NCBI RefSeq assembly: GCF_009914755.1
Contig: NC_060934.1
Reading direction: 5' to 3' (one strand)
Length of the DNA stretch: 64,000 bases
Source of the DNA: the human T2T-CHM13v2.0 reference genome, Homo sapiens
Shown: in pieces, positions 41,286 through 55,019 of the stretch
How the letters are laid out: each line of letters opens with the position of its first letter
Numbering within the stretch: position 1 is the first letter of the stretch
Notes under the pieces: model-generated
Told to the model about the DNA's origin: nothing
Database searches by the model: none
Seen by the model: the letters and a program-made list of their open reading frames with translations, nothing else
Program-made: the position numbers and the translations under genes

Positions 41286-44200
41286 AATATGAAGTATTAA
41301 TTTAATCAAATGAAAACAGGATTTATGCTGCAGAGGCCTTAACTCTGATTTGTTGTTGTTCATGTCGGTAATGCCACAGAAGAGTACATAAAAGGAGTTA
41401 TTTAAAATTATATTTTAAACATCTTAAATGGATTCTAAAGAATTACAGCTATAAGTCAGTGATATAATGTAAAAAGGATGTGTATGTCATATTTAATAAT
41501 ATCCCTTTAGAGGATAAACTTTGATAAAGTTTATATTATAAATCAACTTTGGAGGCATGTTAATTAGCCCCAGTCTTGTAGCAATATTTTCAGGACTCAG
41601 TACTTCTGAAGTTAGTGCTGAAGAAGAATGGGCTTCTAGCAGTTCCCTTTCCATAATAGTAGCTGTGATCACTTGCAGAAGCATAATCTCAAGAGTAAGC
41701 TCAGAGACAATAGAATTTTAAAGCTAAAAGAGACCTTGAAATTACTTGGCGCAGTTCATTCCTTTTTAATCAATCCCTTCACTAAAGAAACTAAGGCATA
41801 GTGAGATGACTTGCCTAAGGTACAAGGCAAGAGTCAGAACCAAGAGTCCTGACTCTCATAAAGAGCTTAAGTGGTTGGAAGTTCCTGAATTAGCCAGAGC
41901 TGCTATAGGTGGAGAAGAATGGTTTCTATCATTAGTTGATTGTCTGCCTTTTGCTTGTGAACTCTCAGAGGGAAAAATAATGTCTTATTCACCTTTGTAT
42001 CCTCCCATGTGCCTGCAACATCTAGGGGCTCAACAAATGCTTATTGAAAGCAGTTGGATAAATGGGTTTTAAGTTGAAAATATATTTAGGAAGTGAAAAA
42101 GCAGGAAAACATATCTCCTTTCCACATTGAAGAAGTTTTCTGACAACAGAATTAGATATTGGCAGTAAATAACCTAGAATTAACCTTAGAACTTTTACAA
42201 TAATGAAACTACTGTTTAATTTTTATGCCTCCAGTTTTTTTTTAAAGTCTTAAAACTTGTAAGTGTGCATGTTTGCTTACTTGGTATAATTATTTACTGG
42301 AGAAACAGGAGACAGGAGTCAGGACATCTGATGGGTGTTGCCTCTGTCACAGCATCCAATAGAAAAGCCTAGACTTTGCAGCCAGTCAGATTTGGGGCTA
42401 AAACACAGCTCTGCCCCTAATAAGTAGAGCTTTCCACAGCAAGTTACTTAACTTTTTGGAGCATTCTGTCATCTCTAAAGTGGGGATAATGCCATCTACC
42501 TTGAAGGATTGTGTGAGACTGAGATAATGTATATATATAATGTGTGTGGTGTATAAAAGGCTCTTAATAAATGGTAACTGCTATAGTTATGACTACAGAT
42601 TTGTGTGACCATGGGAGCAGCTTAATCTCTCAGAAGTTTCAGTTTTTTCAATCGGAGAATAGGTGGTCAGGATGGGGGAGGGGAATGACCGATTTCTAAG
42701 ATCTCGTCCAGCTCTATGGTTTCAGAAACCAATAAAGAAATATACAGTTCTCCTGCAATTTTAGTTAAAGGTAATTCATATATCCTTGATCCAACAAAAA
42801 CTACAAAAATGGTTAGTTTCTAGACCTTCTTAAGAGTTTGTCTAAATTAACTTTTATGATAAGTACATTTTCATTATTTTATATGCTATATGATGGATAT
42901 GAAGTTAACTTGAATATTTCAACCTCTCATCCAGCTTACTATATATATAAAGCAATATAAGAAGAATACTGGTTAATTAGACATAGATACTCTTTCTTTA
43001 AGAGGCTTAAGAGTCATGTAGAGCACATAAGACAGATAACTAAAGGCTGTTTTACATGGGAGAACTGTTAGAGAGGCATAAAGAAAATACTTTGTGAATT
43101 CAGAGGAGGAAAAGACTATTTCTAGCCAGAAAAAAGGTAAGACTTAATTAGGGAATTTTGAGCAAGGCTTAAAAAATTGAGACGACTTCAATCGGCAAAA
43201 ATGTAGGGACCAGCCTGTGCTAAGACTTGAAGGTAAGGATATATGAGCATGTCCAGGATTTGAGAAGAATGTGGTTAAACTGGAGGTTGAGGAGCCTGGA
43301 GGCAGTATAATGGGAGAGAATGCTGCATGGGGAGGGGAAATTAGGACTATATTGTGCAGCATCTTGAATGCTGGGCTAAGGAGACTGTTTAGTTGGCAGT
43401 AGATAAGTATCAGAAATATTTTAAATGGGGGAATGATGTGATCAAGACTATGCTTTAAGAGATTAATCTTCATCACAGGAGCCACAGGTAGTCCATTTAA
43501 GCTGTTGAAATATTCTCCAGAAGAGAAATGATGAGAACCTAAATTAGGGTGGAGGCAGATGAGTTGGGCAAGATACTATAGAAGTGAATAAAACAGAACT
43601 TGTTGGCAATTGGATGTAGGAGTTGAGGAAGAAATCAAAGACAGAAGCTCAGTCACTTAAGTTGATGTTGGCAAGGATTGAAATAGGAAGGGACACTAGT
43701 AAAGCACCTGCAAGTAGTCTGCAATCAATAAATATTTGTCTAATTAATGGAGGTGATTATTGGTTTGGATTTGGATGTGTTAACTTGTATGTGGCTATGG
43801 ACCATCTAGATGGATGAGAGCCATTAAAAATACAGAAAGATTTGGGGCATCCTTATGGAGGGGGATGGTGAACCTGTCAGAAAGTTCAGAGTGTGGTGAG
43901 CAGAATAAAAGGCTAGGATAGAGCCTTGTAAAAGCCAGTATTTGTGGACTTGAGGGAGATAGGAGGAGGTAGACAGGATGCTGAGAAGAAAGAAGCAGGA
44001 GGGGGATGAGGAAAAGATTGGGCAAAGAAAGATAAGGAAGGAGATTTCGAAGGATCCTGATAGGGTAGAGGATGGGCTGAGTTGAAGACTGGGAAAAGGA
44101 CATTAGATTTGTCAGTGAGACCATCGTCAGTAGCCTTTGAGGAACAGAGTCAGTTGGGCAGTGGGGATTAGTGGGGACAAGTCCGCTAGTTACCTGAAGA

Positions 44201-44336
44201 ATGCTGGCTTGGGAAGGAAATGGAGAAAGCAAATGTAAATTGTGACTGGACTGTGAAAATCAGAGACTAGGGATAGGGAGAAGGCAATGACTTGAGGCAA
44301 GAAAAGTGTCAATGAAGCTTTCTTAAAAACAAAACC

Positions 44337-44757
<421 letters not shown>

Positions 44758-44777
44758 TCAAGCAGGAGAGATAGGAT

Positions 44778-44937
44778 AGGGTAACCATACATGCAATTGC
44801 CCAGGGCAGTGCTAGTTCACACCAGTTTATTTACGGTATAATATCTGGATACAGGATACAGGATAAAAGTGGATAATAATGCCCAATTTTAATCTTAAAA
44901 GAGAGCCTATTTTTGAATAATTGAATTGATTACCCTA
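44778..44937. mobile_element. hAT-Blackjack MITE (MER94-like)
   Basis: Termini tagggtaa...ttacccta. Confidence 0.5.
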
Positions 44938-44979
44938 ATCATGATGCAAATAAAGAAGTTACTTGTGGGAAAATATGGC

Positions 44980-46890
44980 AAAATATAAAGAAATAAAAGA
45001 TAGCCTGGTTGGAAAGGAAGAAATAAACCTTTGTTTGAAGATGACATGATTGTTTATGTAGAAAACTGAAAGACTCAACAACAACAAAAAAACCTCCTGG
45101 AACTAATAAGCAATTACAGCAGGGTTGTAAGAGACAAGGCTAGTATATGAAAGTTCATCACTTTTCTATATACCAGGAATTAACAAGTGGAATTTGAAAT
45201 TAAAAACAATCTCATTTACATTAGCACCTCAGACAAAACAAAATACTTAGATATACATCTAACAAAATATGTATAAAATCTATGTGAGGAAAACTATCAA
45301 ATTTTGATAAAAGAAATCAAAGAAGAATTAAGTAAATGGAGATATAGTCCATCTTCATAGGTAGGAAGACTCAATATTGTCAGGACTTCCCAACTGTATT
45401 CATATATTTAATGTAATGTCAATCAAAATCCCAGCAAGTTATTTTGTAGATATTGGCAAACTGACTCTAAAGTTTATATGCAGAGGCAAAAGACCTAAAA
45501 TAGCACAATACTGAAGGAGAAGAACAAAGTTGGAGGACTGACACTACCTACCTTCAAGGCTTGCTATAAACCTATAGTAATCAAGACAGTGGTATTGGCA
45601 AAAAATTAAACAAATGGATCATGGGACAGAATAGAGAGCCCATAAATAGACCCCAATAAATACAGTCAAGTGATCTTTGACAAAGAAGCAAAGGTAATAC
45701 AGTGGAGAAAGGATAGTCTTTTCAGCAAATGGGTGAGGCTGAAACAACTGGACATCCATATGCAAAAAAAGAAAAAAGTTAATCTAGACACAGACTTCAC
45801 CCGTGTCCCAAAAATTAATTCAAAATGGATCACAGACCTGAATGTAAAACTGTAAAACTCCTAGAAGATAACATAGGAGAAAATCTGGATGACCTTGGGT
45901 TTGGTGATGACTTTTTAGATATGACATCATAGGCACAGCCATGAAAGAATTGATAAGCTGGACTTCATAAAAATTTAAAAATTTCTGCTCTGCAGAAGAC
46001 ATTGTCAAGAGAATAAAAAGATGAGCCACAGACTGGGAGAAAATATTTGCAAAAGATATATCAAATAATAGTCTGTTATCTAAAATATACAAGGAACTCT
46101 TAAAACTGAATATGCAACCCATTTACAAAATGGACCAAAGACCTTAACAGACACCTCACCAGAGAAGATACACAGATGGCAAATAAGCATATGAAAAGAT
46201 ACTGCACATCATATGTCATCAGGAAAATGCAAATCAAAACAACCATGATATACCACTATACACAATTGAAATGGCCAAAATTCAGAACACTGACAACAGC
46301 AAATGCTGACAAGGAGGTGGAGCAACAGGAACTCTCATTTATTACTAGTGGGAATGTCAAACAGTACAGCTACTTTGGAAGACAGCTTGGTGGTTTCTTA
46401 CAAAACGAAACATACTCTTACTGCACAATCCAGCAGTTGTGTCCTTTGGTATTTACCCAAAGGAGTTGAAAACTTGTGGCCACACAGAAACCTGCACACT
46501 GATGTTTATAGTAGCTTTCTTCATAATTGCCAAAACTTGGAAGCAACCAAGATGTCATTCAGGATAAACTGTGGTACATCCAGGTAATGGAATATTAGTG
46601 CTAAAAATAAATAGCTATCAAGCCATGAAAAGACATGGAGGAAGCTTAAATGCATATTCCTAAGTCAAAGAAGCCAATCTGAAAAAGCTTCATACTGTGT
46701 GATTCCAACTACACAACATTCTGGGCAAGCAAAACCATAGAGTAAAAAGATCAGTGGTTGCCAAGGGTTAGAATGGAGGAGGGATGAACAGGTATAGCAC
46801 AGACGATTTTTAGGGCAGTGAAACTACTCTGTGATATAACAGTGCATACATGGTATTATACATTTGTCCAAATCCCTAGAATGTAGAAGA
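44980..46890 (+). mobile_element. Old L1M (L1MC/MD-like) ORF2 3' half and 3'UTR
   Basis: Degenerate ORF2 peptides (IFDKEAKVIQWRKDSLFSKW; MANKHMKR). Confidence 0.8.
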
Positions 46891-47832
46891 ATACAAAATA
46901 CAGATGTGGCATGGAGGAAGAAAGAAGTTAGATGAAAACAAAAGGAAATTTTGAGTTCTGAAGAGGAAAGTTGATGGCTGGGAGGTGGCTGCATTTGAAA
47001 TGGGTTGGTTTTTTTATATTGATTTGCCAAAAGTAAGTGGAGAGTAAAGTGTAAAGCTGAAGTGGAGGAGAGTTGAAAAGGTTTGGTAAACTTTGGGTTT
47101 GCGCAGTGGGGAGCCAAAGGTGATGAGGGCTTGACAAGTTGCTAGAAGGCCTTAGCCTAGTGATAGGATGAATCACTCCTGTATTTCATGACTTTCTCCA
47201 GCAATGCTCAGAAAATTGGAAGTAGAGATGCTGTGAGTATCACTGAAACTGCCAACTCCATATGGGCCCTTGGTTGAGTAGGAAGGCAAGTGACACTAGA
47301 GTGTCGATGGGCTGGGAGAATAGCAGGGAATATGAGATTAGAGTGTGTAATGGCTGATTCAGCAAGAGTGAAGGAAAGGGAAAAACGAATGTGGAGGGAG
47401 GTTCTGAGGGTAGTGGTGAAGGGCATGAGGAACTTTCAGGGTTATTGTGGAGGGATCAGTTCTGAGTAATGACAAAAATTCAAAGTGTGGCTGAGCTTGG
47501 GGATGTTGAGTGACACAGGCCAATGGAGGTAGAAGATCATTGGTCTTCGGGAACTATGAGGCCAAAATATCAAAATGATTTTGTATCAGTGTCAGTGTCT
47601 GTCTTTAAAACTATGGAATACACCTCCTAAAGCTTTTCTGAGCATTTATTCCATAGAGATGGAAAGTACCTTAAAGATAAGGAAGTTGTTCCTTTATTTT
47701 AAAGATGAGGAAGCTTTAAAATCCTTTAAACATTTTTAGATATATGTGATTTGCCCAGGATTACAGACGTGTGGCAGAGCTAGCTCTCGAAATAACTGGG
47801 ATCTCTGAATCTCAGTTAATATTGCCCTCTAG

Positions 47833-48122
47833 GGCCAGGCGCGGTGGCTCATGCCTGTAATCCCAGCACTTTGGGAGGAGGAGGTGGGCAGATCACTTGA
47901 GGTCAGGAGTTTGAAACCAGCCTGGCCAACGTGATGAAACCCTATTAAAAATACAGAAATTAGCTGGGCGTGGTGGCATGTGCCTGTAATCTCAGCTACA
48001 CCGGAGGGTGAAGCAGAAGAATCATTTGAACCCAGGAGGCGGAGGTTGTAGTAAGCTGGGATTGTGCCACTGCACTCCAGCCTGTGCCACAGAATGAAAC
48101 TCCCCTTCAGAGAAAAAAAAAA
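47833..48122 (+). mobile_element. AluS
   Basis: Full dimer; TSD tgccctctag at 47823-47832 and 48123-48132. Confidence 0.92.
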
Positions 48123-49727
48123 TGCCCTCTAGGGCAGAAGAAGTAATTAAAGTATCCACTCAAAAAAATCTTAGAACACTTCCTCACCATACTGTGAAGT
48201 AGACCCATGACTGTCATACACCAACCAAATAAATGACTCCACATCTGTGTGGAATAGTATGGTGTCATATAAGAAGCCAGGAATGGATGGGTCATCTCTC
48301 TGCTTTAAACACTTCCTCAATGGCAAAAAGGTGTTGGTTACCCTTGAACATAGGTTATTGAGTACTCATAACTTTTGTGTTTGCCCCCAAGTTAAACTAA
48401 CCTTTGTGGCCGCAGACACATTGTTATATCAACTAGAAGTGAATTAAATGACTGAGAAAGGTTTGCGCATAGGTCCTTAGTTTATTGCTTTCACAGCTAT
48501 ATTTAGTGGATCTCTCCTTCCTCACTGGGAATGTCAGGAAACTCACAAATGCCATGACAGGGACTACTAGCTTTGAGATCCTGTTTTTGAACTCAGAACT
48601 TTGAAAAGTAGAAAGTTCTTTGTCCTCATAAAATGTTAAAGGAACCCTTAATTAGATGTATGGAAATTGGAATTAGTCCTGATTCTGTCACTATTTGTGA
48701 TCTTACTAATCAATAATAAGTGCCTAAGTTTCCTCATCTGTAGTGTAGGAAAAAAATTACATCTGGTCTATCTCCTAGGTATTCAATGTGAAAACTCTTT
48801 GCAAGTAAATAGTGTTATGCAAAGGTAAGTTATCACTATTACCATATGGGATGCAACACACACTGTGATATTTAAGAGCTTAATTTTTAAAGTGTTTTGA
48901 ATAAAACAACAAAGATGACTATTGAAATTTGGTGGGGGATTGGTTTAGGCCCTTGAAGTAAATTATGACAACTTTTCTCTTGTTATCCCTGTGATAGTGT
49001 GTAATAATTCTGGCCAAGTGAGATTAAGGCAGTGTGTTTCATGACAAATGAAATTTCTGCCTTTTTATTTCTCTTTTAACCTTAAAAAAAGTTTTTGTAT
49101 TGTAAAATATAACACATATACAGAAAAGTTTTGAAATGTAAATACACAGTTAAATGAATTTTAAAAAGTGAACATCCATGTAACTACCACCCAGCTCAAG
49201 AAATAGACCAATTTAATTTGTTTTTCCTTCCATGGGAATCTTTTATTCTTCTGCTAGAGGGAGTTGGCTTTTTTTTTTTTTTTTCCCACAGAAGCCATGA
49301 GTAGTAGCAGGAGGCAATTATAAGTTTTGGCAAGTCCAAAATATGCGCTTTTTTCAAGTGGAGCAAGATCAAAAGTATAATATTAGTGTTTTATTCAGTA
49401 GTTATTCTGGTAATTTATTTCTTATTTCTTAAACTGTGAATTTAGTATTTAGGACAAGTGCTAGGTTTTCAGCCTTAAAGATTAAATTCTTCAGGCTAAG
49501 GATCTTCAGATTTGTGTCCTTTGGATGGAAGTAAAAAAAATTGTGATACTCATATGTCAGAAAAGTCCTCATGCTTGATTATTTGTTAAAAGTTCTGATT
49601 TCCTTCCTTTGCCTGTCTTTAGAAGTAAAACAGCTAAGACTCCAGTATTGATGATGATTTTGGGCAGCAAAGATCTTCTTGGAAAATGCTTGATAGTTAT
49701 CAAGGTAAATACCTTTGGGCCACTGCA

Positions 49728-50206
<479 letters not shown>

Positions 50207-51400
50207 CTGTATTTTTATTTGTTTGATTATAATCTACTGTAATAAATCCTATCATGCTTTAAGACTAAGTTAATGAATTAATAGATTAAAAATAGATTAA
50301 AAGTCTTGTGGCATCTAGAAGGATTCTCTTGAATTTTTTTATGATCAAAAAATAAAGGATAATAAACATTAATTGGGAAAGTATCTTATCTAATCAGGCA
50401 TGTCTGTAAAATACAGAAAAATTATGGCTGTTAAAAGAAATTGATAAGGATTCATCTTTGGTGGCAATCTCTGGTTTTGAGATTTAGTTCATGGGACTTC
50501 AGATTAGAATTTGGTGGATGGAACGCATGTGTTTACTGTCAGTCTCTCCTGCAACACCATTACAGGCATGGTAAATATGAGAAGAGGCAACAGTAGAGAA
50601 GAGGCATCAGCAAATTTTTGGAAGATGAAAAGCAAATAGACCTGTGGCAACTGCCTTAGTATAACAGAGGAAGTTGATACCTAAGTGCCTTTAACTGAGG
50701 TTGAGAGGAGATGCTGGGAAGAAACAGTCACTGTATCCCTAAGAATTCCAGAAAGTTTCTGGAATTAGAGGCTTTGGAGTGGGGCATAAGCCTGAAAATG
50801 AGGGATAGGTGGAAAATCTGTAAGGGAACTAGATCCTCACTTCACTTCTTCTATGCCATACCACAAGATGAAGTCTTTAACAGAGACTGGACATGTTTTT
50901 TCTGAATAAATTAAAGTAAAATAGAGGTTCTGGATGTAGGGATGCCAGACAAAACAGAAGAGAAAGGTACAATGATCAACTGAAAAAGGAATTTAATGAA
51001 ATTCGGCTCACAAAACAGTGAGACTCCATACTCCTCCCCAAGCCCAAACCTAGGATAGGTAATTCAGTCAGGACTGGAGGACTCTTCTCTGGGTAAAATG
51101 AGCAGCCTTAGAAGGACTTACAGAAACTGACATTTGAGGTCCGACAATGAAAAAAATGACTTACCACCCATTTTTTCTACAGTGAACCCATCATTCAACA
51201 ACCCTATAACCTTCCTCCCTCTTCCCCCTACCCCTGTGAACATGGAACTTGCAGTCAGCTTTTTGATGCTTTGTTCTTAAATGTAAATGAATAGGAGACA
51301 TTGGAAGAAGGCCTTCAATAAAAAAGGCAAAACCCAAAACAAATGAACAACAATAAAAAAATCACAGAAAGCAGAAATGCAAGGAAAAGAAAATAAAAAT

Positions 51401-53748
51401 ATCAGAGACTAGGATTGCAACCCCTGCCTTTTTTTGTTTTCCATTTGCTTGGTAGATCTTCCTCCATCCCTTTATTTTGAGCCTATGTGTGTCTCTGCAC
51501 GTGAGATGGGTTTCCTGAATACAGCACACTGATGGGTCTTGACTCTTTATCCAGTTTGCCGGTCTGTGTCTTTTAATTGGAGCATTTAGCCCATTTACAT
51601 TTAAGGTTAATATTGTTATGTGTGAATTTGATCCTGTCATTATGATGTTAGCTGGTTATTTTGCTCGTTAGTTGATGCAGTTTCTTCCTAGCCTCCACGG
51701 TCTTTACAATTTGGCATGTTTTTGCAGTGGCTGGTACCGGTTGTTCCTTTCCATGTTTAGTGCTTCCTTCAGGAGCTCTTGTAGGGCAGGCCTGGTGGTG
51801 AAAAAATCTCTCGGCATTTGCTTGTCTGTAAAGTGTTTTATTTCTCCTTCACTTAGGAAGCTTAGTTTGGCTGGATATGAAATTCTGGGTTGAAAATTCT
51901 TTTCTTTAAGAATGTTGAATATTGGCCCCCACTCTCTTCTGGCTTGTAGAGTTTCTGCCGAGAGATCAGCTGTTAGTCTGATGCGCTTCCCTTTGTGGGT
52001 AACCCAACCTTTCTCTCTGACTGCCCTTAACATTTTTTCCTTCATTTCAAGTTTGGTGAATCTGACAATTATGTGTCTTGGAGTTGCTCTTCTCAAGGAG
52101 TATCTTTGTGGCATTCTCTGTATTTCCTGAATTTGAATGTTGGCCTGCCTTGCTAGATTGGGGACGTTCTCCTGGATAATATCCTGCAGAGTGTTTTCCA
52201 ACTTGGTTCCATTCTCCCTATCACTTTCAGGTACACCAATCAGACATAGATTTGGTATTTTCACATAGTCCCATATTTCTTGGAGGCCTTGTTCATTTCT
52301 TTTCATTCTTTTTTCTCTAAACTTCTCGCTTCATTTCATTCATTTGATCTTCCATCACTGATACCCTTTCTTCCAGTTGATCGAATCAGCTACTGAAGCT
52401 TGTGCATTCGTCACGTAGTTCTTGTGCCATGGTTTTCAGCTCCACCAGGTCCTTTAAGGACTTCTCTGCATTGGTTATTCTAGTTAGCCATTCATCTAAT
52501 CTTTTCTCAAGGTTTTTAACTTCTTTGCCATAGGTTTGAACTTCCTCCTTTAGCTTGGAGAAGTTTGATCGTCTGAAGCCTTCTTCTCTCAACTCATCAA
52601 AGTCTTTCTCCGTCCAGCTTTGTTCCGTTGCTGATGAGGAGCTGTGTTCCTTTGGAGGAGGAGAGGCGCCCTGATTTTTAGAATTTTCAGTTTTTCTGCT
52701 CTGTTTTTTCCCCATCTTTGTGGTTTTATCTACCTTTGGTCTTTGATGATGGTGACGTACAGATGGGGTTTTGGTGTGGATGTCCTTTCTGTTTGTTAGT
52801 TTTCCTTCTAACAGTCAGGACCCTCAGCTGCAGGTCTGTTGGAGTTTGCTGGAGGTCCACTTCAGACCCTGTTTGCCTGGGTATCAGCAGCGGAGGCTGC
52901 AGAACAGCGAATATTGGTGAACAGCAAATGTTGCTGCCTGATCGTTCCTCTGGAAGTTTTGTCTCAGAGGGGTACCCGGCTGTGTGAGGCGTCACTCTGC
53001 CCCTACTGGGGGATGCCTTCCAGTTAGGCTACTCGGGGGTCAGGGACCCACTTGAGGAGGCAGTCTGTCCATTTTCAGATCTGAAGCTGCATGCTGGGAG
53101 AACCACTACTGTCTTCCAAGCTGTCAGACAGAGACATTTAAGTCTGCAGAGGTTTCTGCTGCCTTTTGTTTGGCTATGCCTTGCCCCCGGAGGTGGAGTC
53201 TACAGAGGCAGACAGGCCTCCTTGAGCTGCGGTGGGCTCCACCCAGTTCGAGCTTCCTGGCCGCTTTGTTTACCTACTCAAGCCTCAGCAATGGTGGGCG
53301 CCCGTCCCCCAGCCTCACTGCTGCCTTGCAGTTCAATCTCAGACTGCTGTGCTAGCAATGAGCGAGGCTCCATAGGCGTAGGACCCTCCAAGCCAGGTGC
53401 AGGATATAATCTCCTGGTGCGCCATTTGCTAAGACCGTCGGAAAAGTGCAGTATTAGGGTGGGAGTGACCCAATTTTCCAGGTGCCGTCTGTCACCCCTT
53501 TCCTTGGCTAGGGAAGGGAATTCCCTGACCCCTTGTGCTTCCTGGGTGAGGCGATGCCTCTCCCTGCTTCAGCTCACACTTGGTGCACGGTGCACTGCAC
53601 CCACTGACCTGCACCCACTGTCCAACAATCCCCAGTGAGATGAACCCGGTACCTCAGTTGGAAATGCAGAAATCATCCATATTCTGCGTCGCTCACACTG
53701 GGAGCTGTAGACTGGAGCTGTTCCTATTCAGTCATCTTGGAACTGTCC
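51401..53748 (-). mobile_element. L1PA (about PA4-PA6): 5'UTR, disrupted ORF1 and the start of ORF2; 3'-truncated
   Basis: 5' end ccaagatgactgaataggaacagctcc; ORF1 in two pieces (52386-52715 MGKKQSRK, 51704-52306) separated by a stop and a frameshift; ORF2 endonuclease from 51640 (MTGSNSHITILTLNVNGLN...VAILVSD) ends at about 51401. Confidence 0.93.
53291..53638 (+). CDS. L1 antisense ORF0-like open reading frame (115 aa); expression unknown
   Basis: GCAATGG start; MVGARPPASLLPCSSISDCCASNERGSIGVGPS resembles primate L1 ORF0 (MAGAPPPASLPPCSLISDCCASN..., recalled). Confidence 0.45.
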   Translation: MVGARPPASLLPCSSISDCCASNERGSIGVGPSKPGAGYNLLVRHLLRPSEKCSIRVGVTQFSRCRLSPLSLAREGNSLTPCASWVRRCLSLLQLTLGARCTAPTDLHPLSNNPQ

Positions 53749-54065
53749 CTGGAAGTATTTTAATAACGATTGGTATAGCTGTACCAAAAGACACAGACAA
53801 AATGTTGACCCTGGCCATAACTGACTGCAATGTAGGCTGGGAAAAAACATTGGCATAACTGTACAGTATTATGAGATGGAAAAAAATAAGTTAGTGTACA
53901 ATAGGACAGCCATAATTATATCAATAATGTCTAAAATTAATAAATCAAGATGGCAGTTTAAACATTTAAGAATATGCAATTAAATGTCAGAAGAAATTGC
54001 TAAAATTTTAAGTAGTTTGCCTTTGGGAGTGACTGGAGAGGTGAGGCAGGGTATTGCTGTTTCTC

Positions 54066-54097
<32 letters not shown>

Positions 54098-54378
54098 GAG
54101 GTAGGGTCTTGCTCTGTTGCCCAGGCTGGAGTGCAGTGGTGTGATTATAGCTCACAGCAGCCTTGACTTCCCAGGCTCAAGCAATACCCCCATCACAGCC
54201 TCCAAAGTAGCTGGAACCACAAGTGCAATTCACCACACCCGGCTAATTTTTAAAATTTTTGTAGAGACAGGGTTTCACCATGTTGTCCAGGCTGGTCTCA
54301 AACCCCTGGGCCAGCCAGTCCTCCCACCTCGGCCTCCCAAAGTGCTGGGATTACAGGTGTGAGCCCCTGCACCTGGCC
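54066..54378 (-). mobile_element. AluJ
   Basis: Antisense dimer; TSD tgctgtttctc at 54055-54065 and 54379-54389. Confidence 0.9.
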
Positions 54379-54514
54379 TGCTGTTTCTCATTTTAAATGT
54401 AGTAGTACACTTTGAGTTTAAACATAATTTTCATGGGTTACTTTGATTAAAAATAGTAAAAAAAAAAATGTAATGATGATGAGTAGTTTGGAAAATGATT
54501 TACTTGTGTCCAGA

Positions 54515-54565
54515 GCCATTCCTTTCAATGGCAAAAACTGCAATTACTTTTGCACCAACGTAATA
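54515..54565. mobile_element. Partial MADE1 (Hsmar1-derived MITE), one arm only
   Basis: gccattcctttcaatggcaaaaactgcaattacttttgcaccaacgtaata matches the MADE1 centre and right inverted repeat. Confidence 0.85.
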
Positions 54566-55019
54566 CATGAAGCATTATTATTTGGAAGTTAGATTCATCC
54601 TCTACAACTGATTTCAGCACTCACTCTATCTCAACATCTTTTGGGGGAGCTTTTAGAAAATTCAAATGACTCTCCTATCTCAAGATTCTGACTTACTTGA
54701 CTTTGGGTAAGCCCTAGGGAATTAGTAATTTTTAAAAGCTTGCTAGCTGCTTCTGATAAGGAGCTAGGGCTAATTCCTCTAGCCCAGGTAGATTAAACAT
54801 CTTTGCTTGCTTCCTAAACATCTTTTGTATTCTTCCCATCCTGTCCTCTCTCATTACTTTGGTTTCAAGTCAGGTACTCTCTATCCTCAGATCTGAACTA
54901 GTGTGGTCTCTTTTAAGTCAGAGGAATAGGAGGAAAGCAAGGGAGAGACATGGGAGAGGTGAGTTAGATTACCCATGAATAATCAGAGTGGCTGTCAGGG
55001 AGCCAATATTTGTTTCTTT

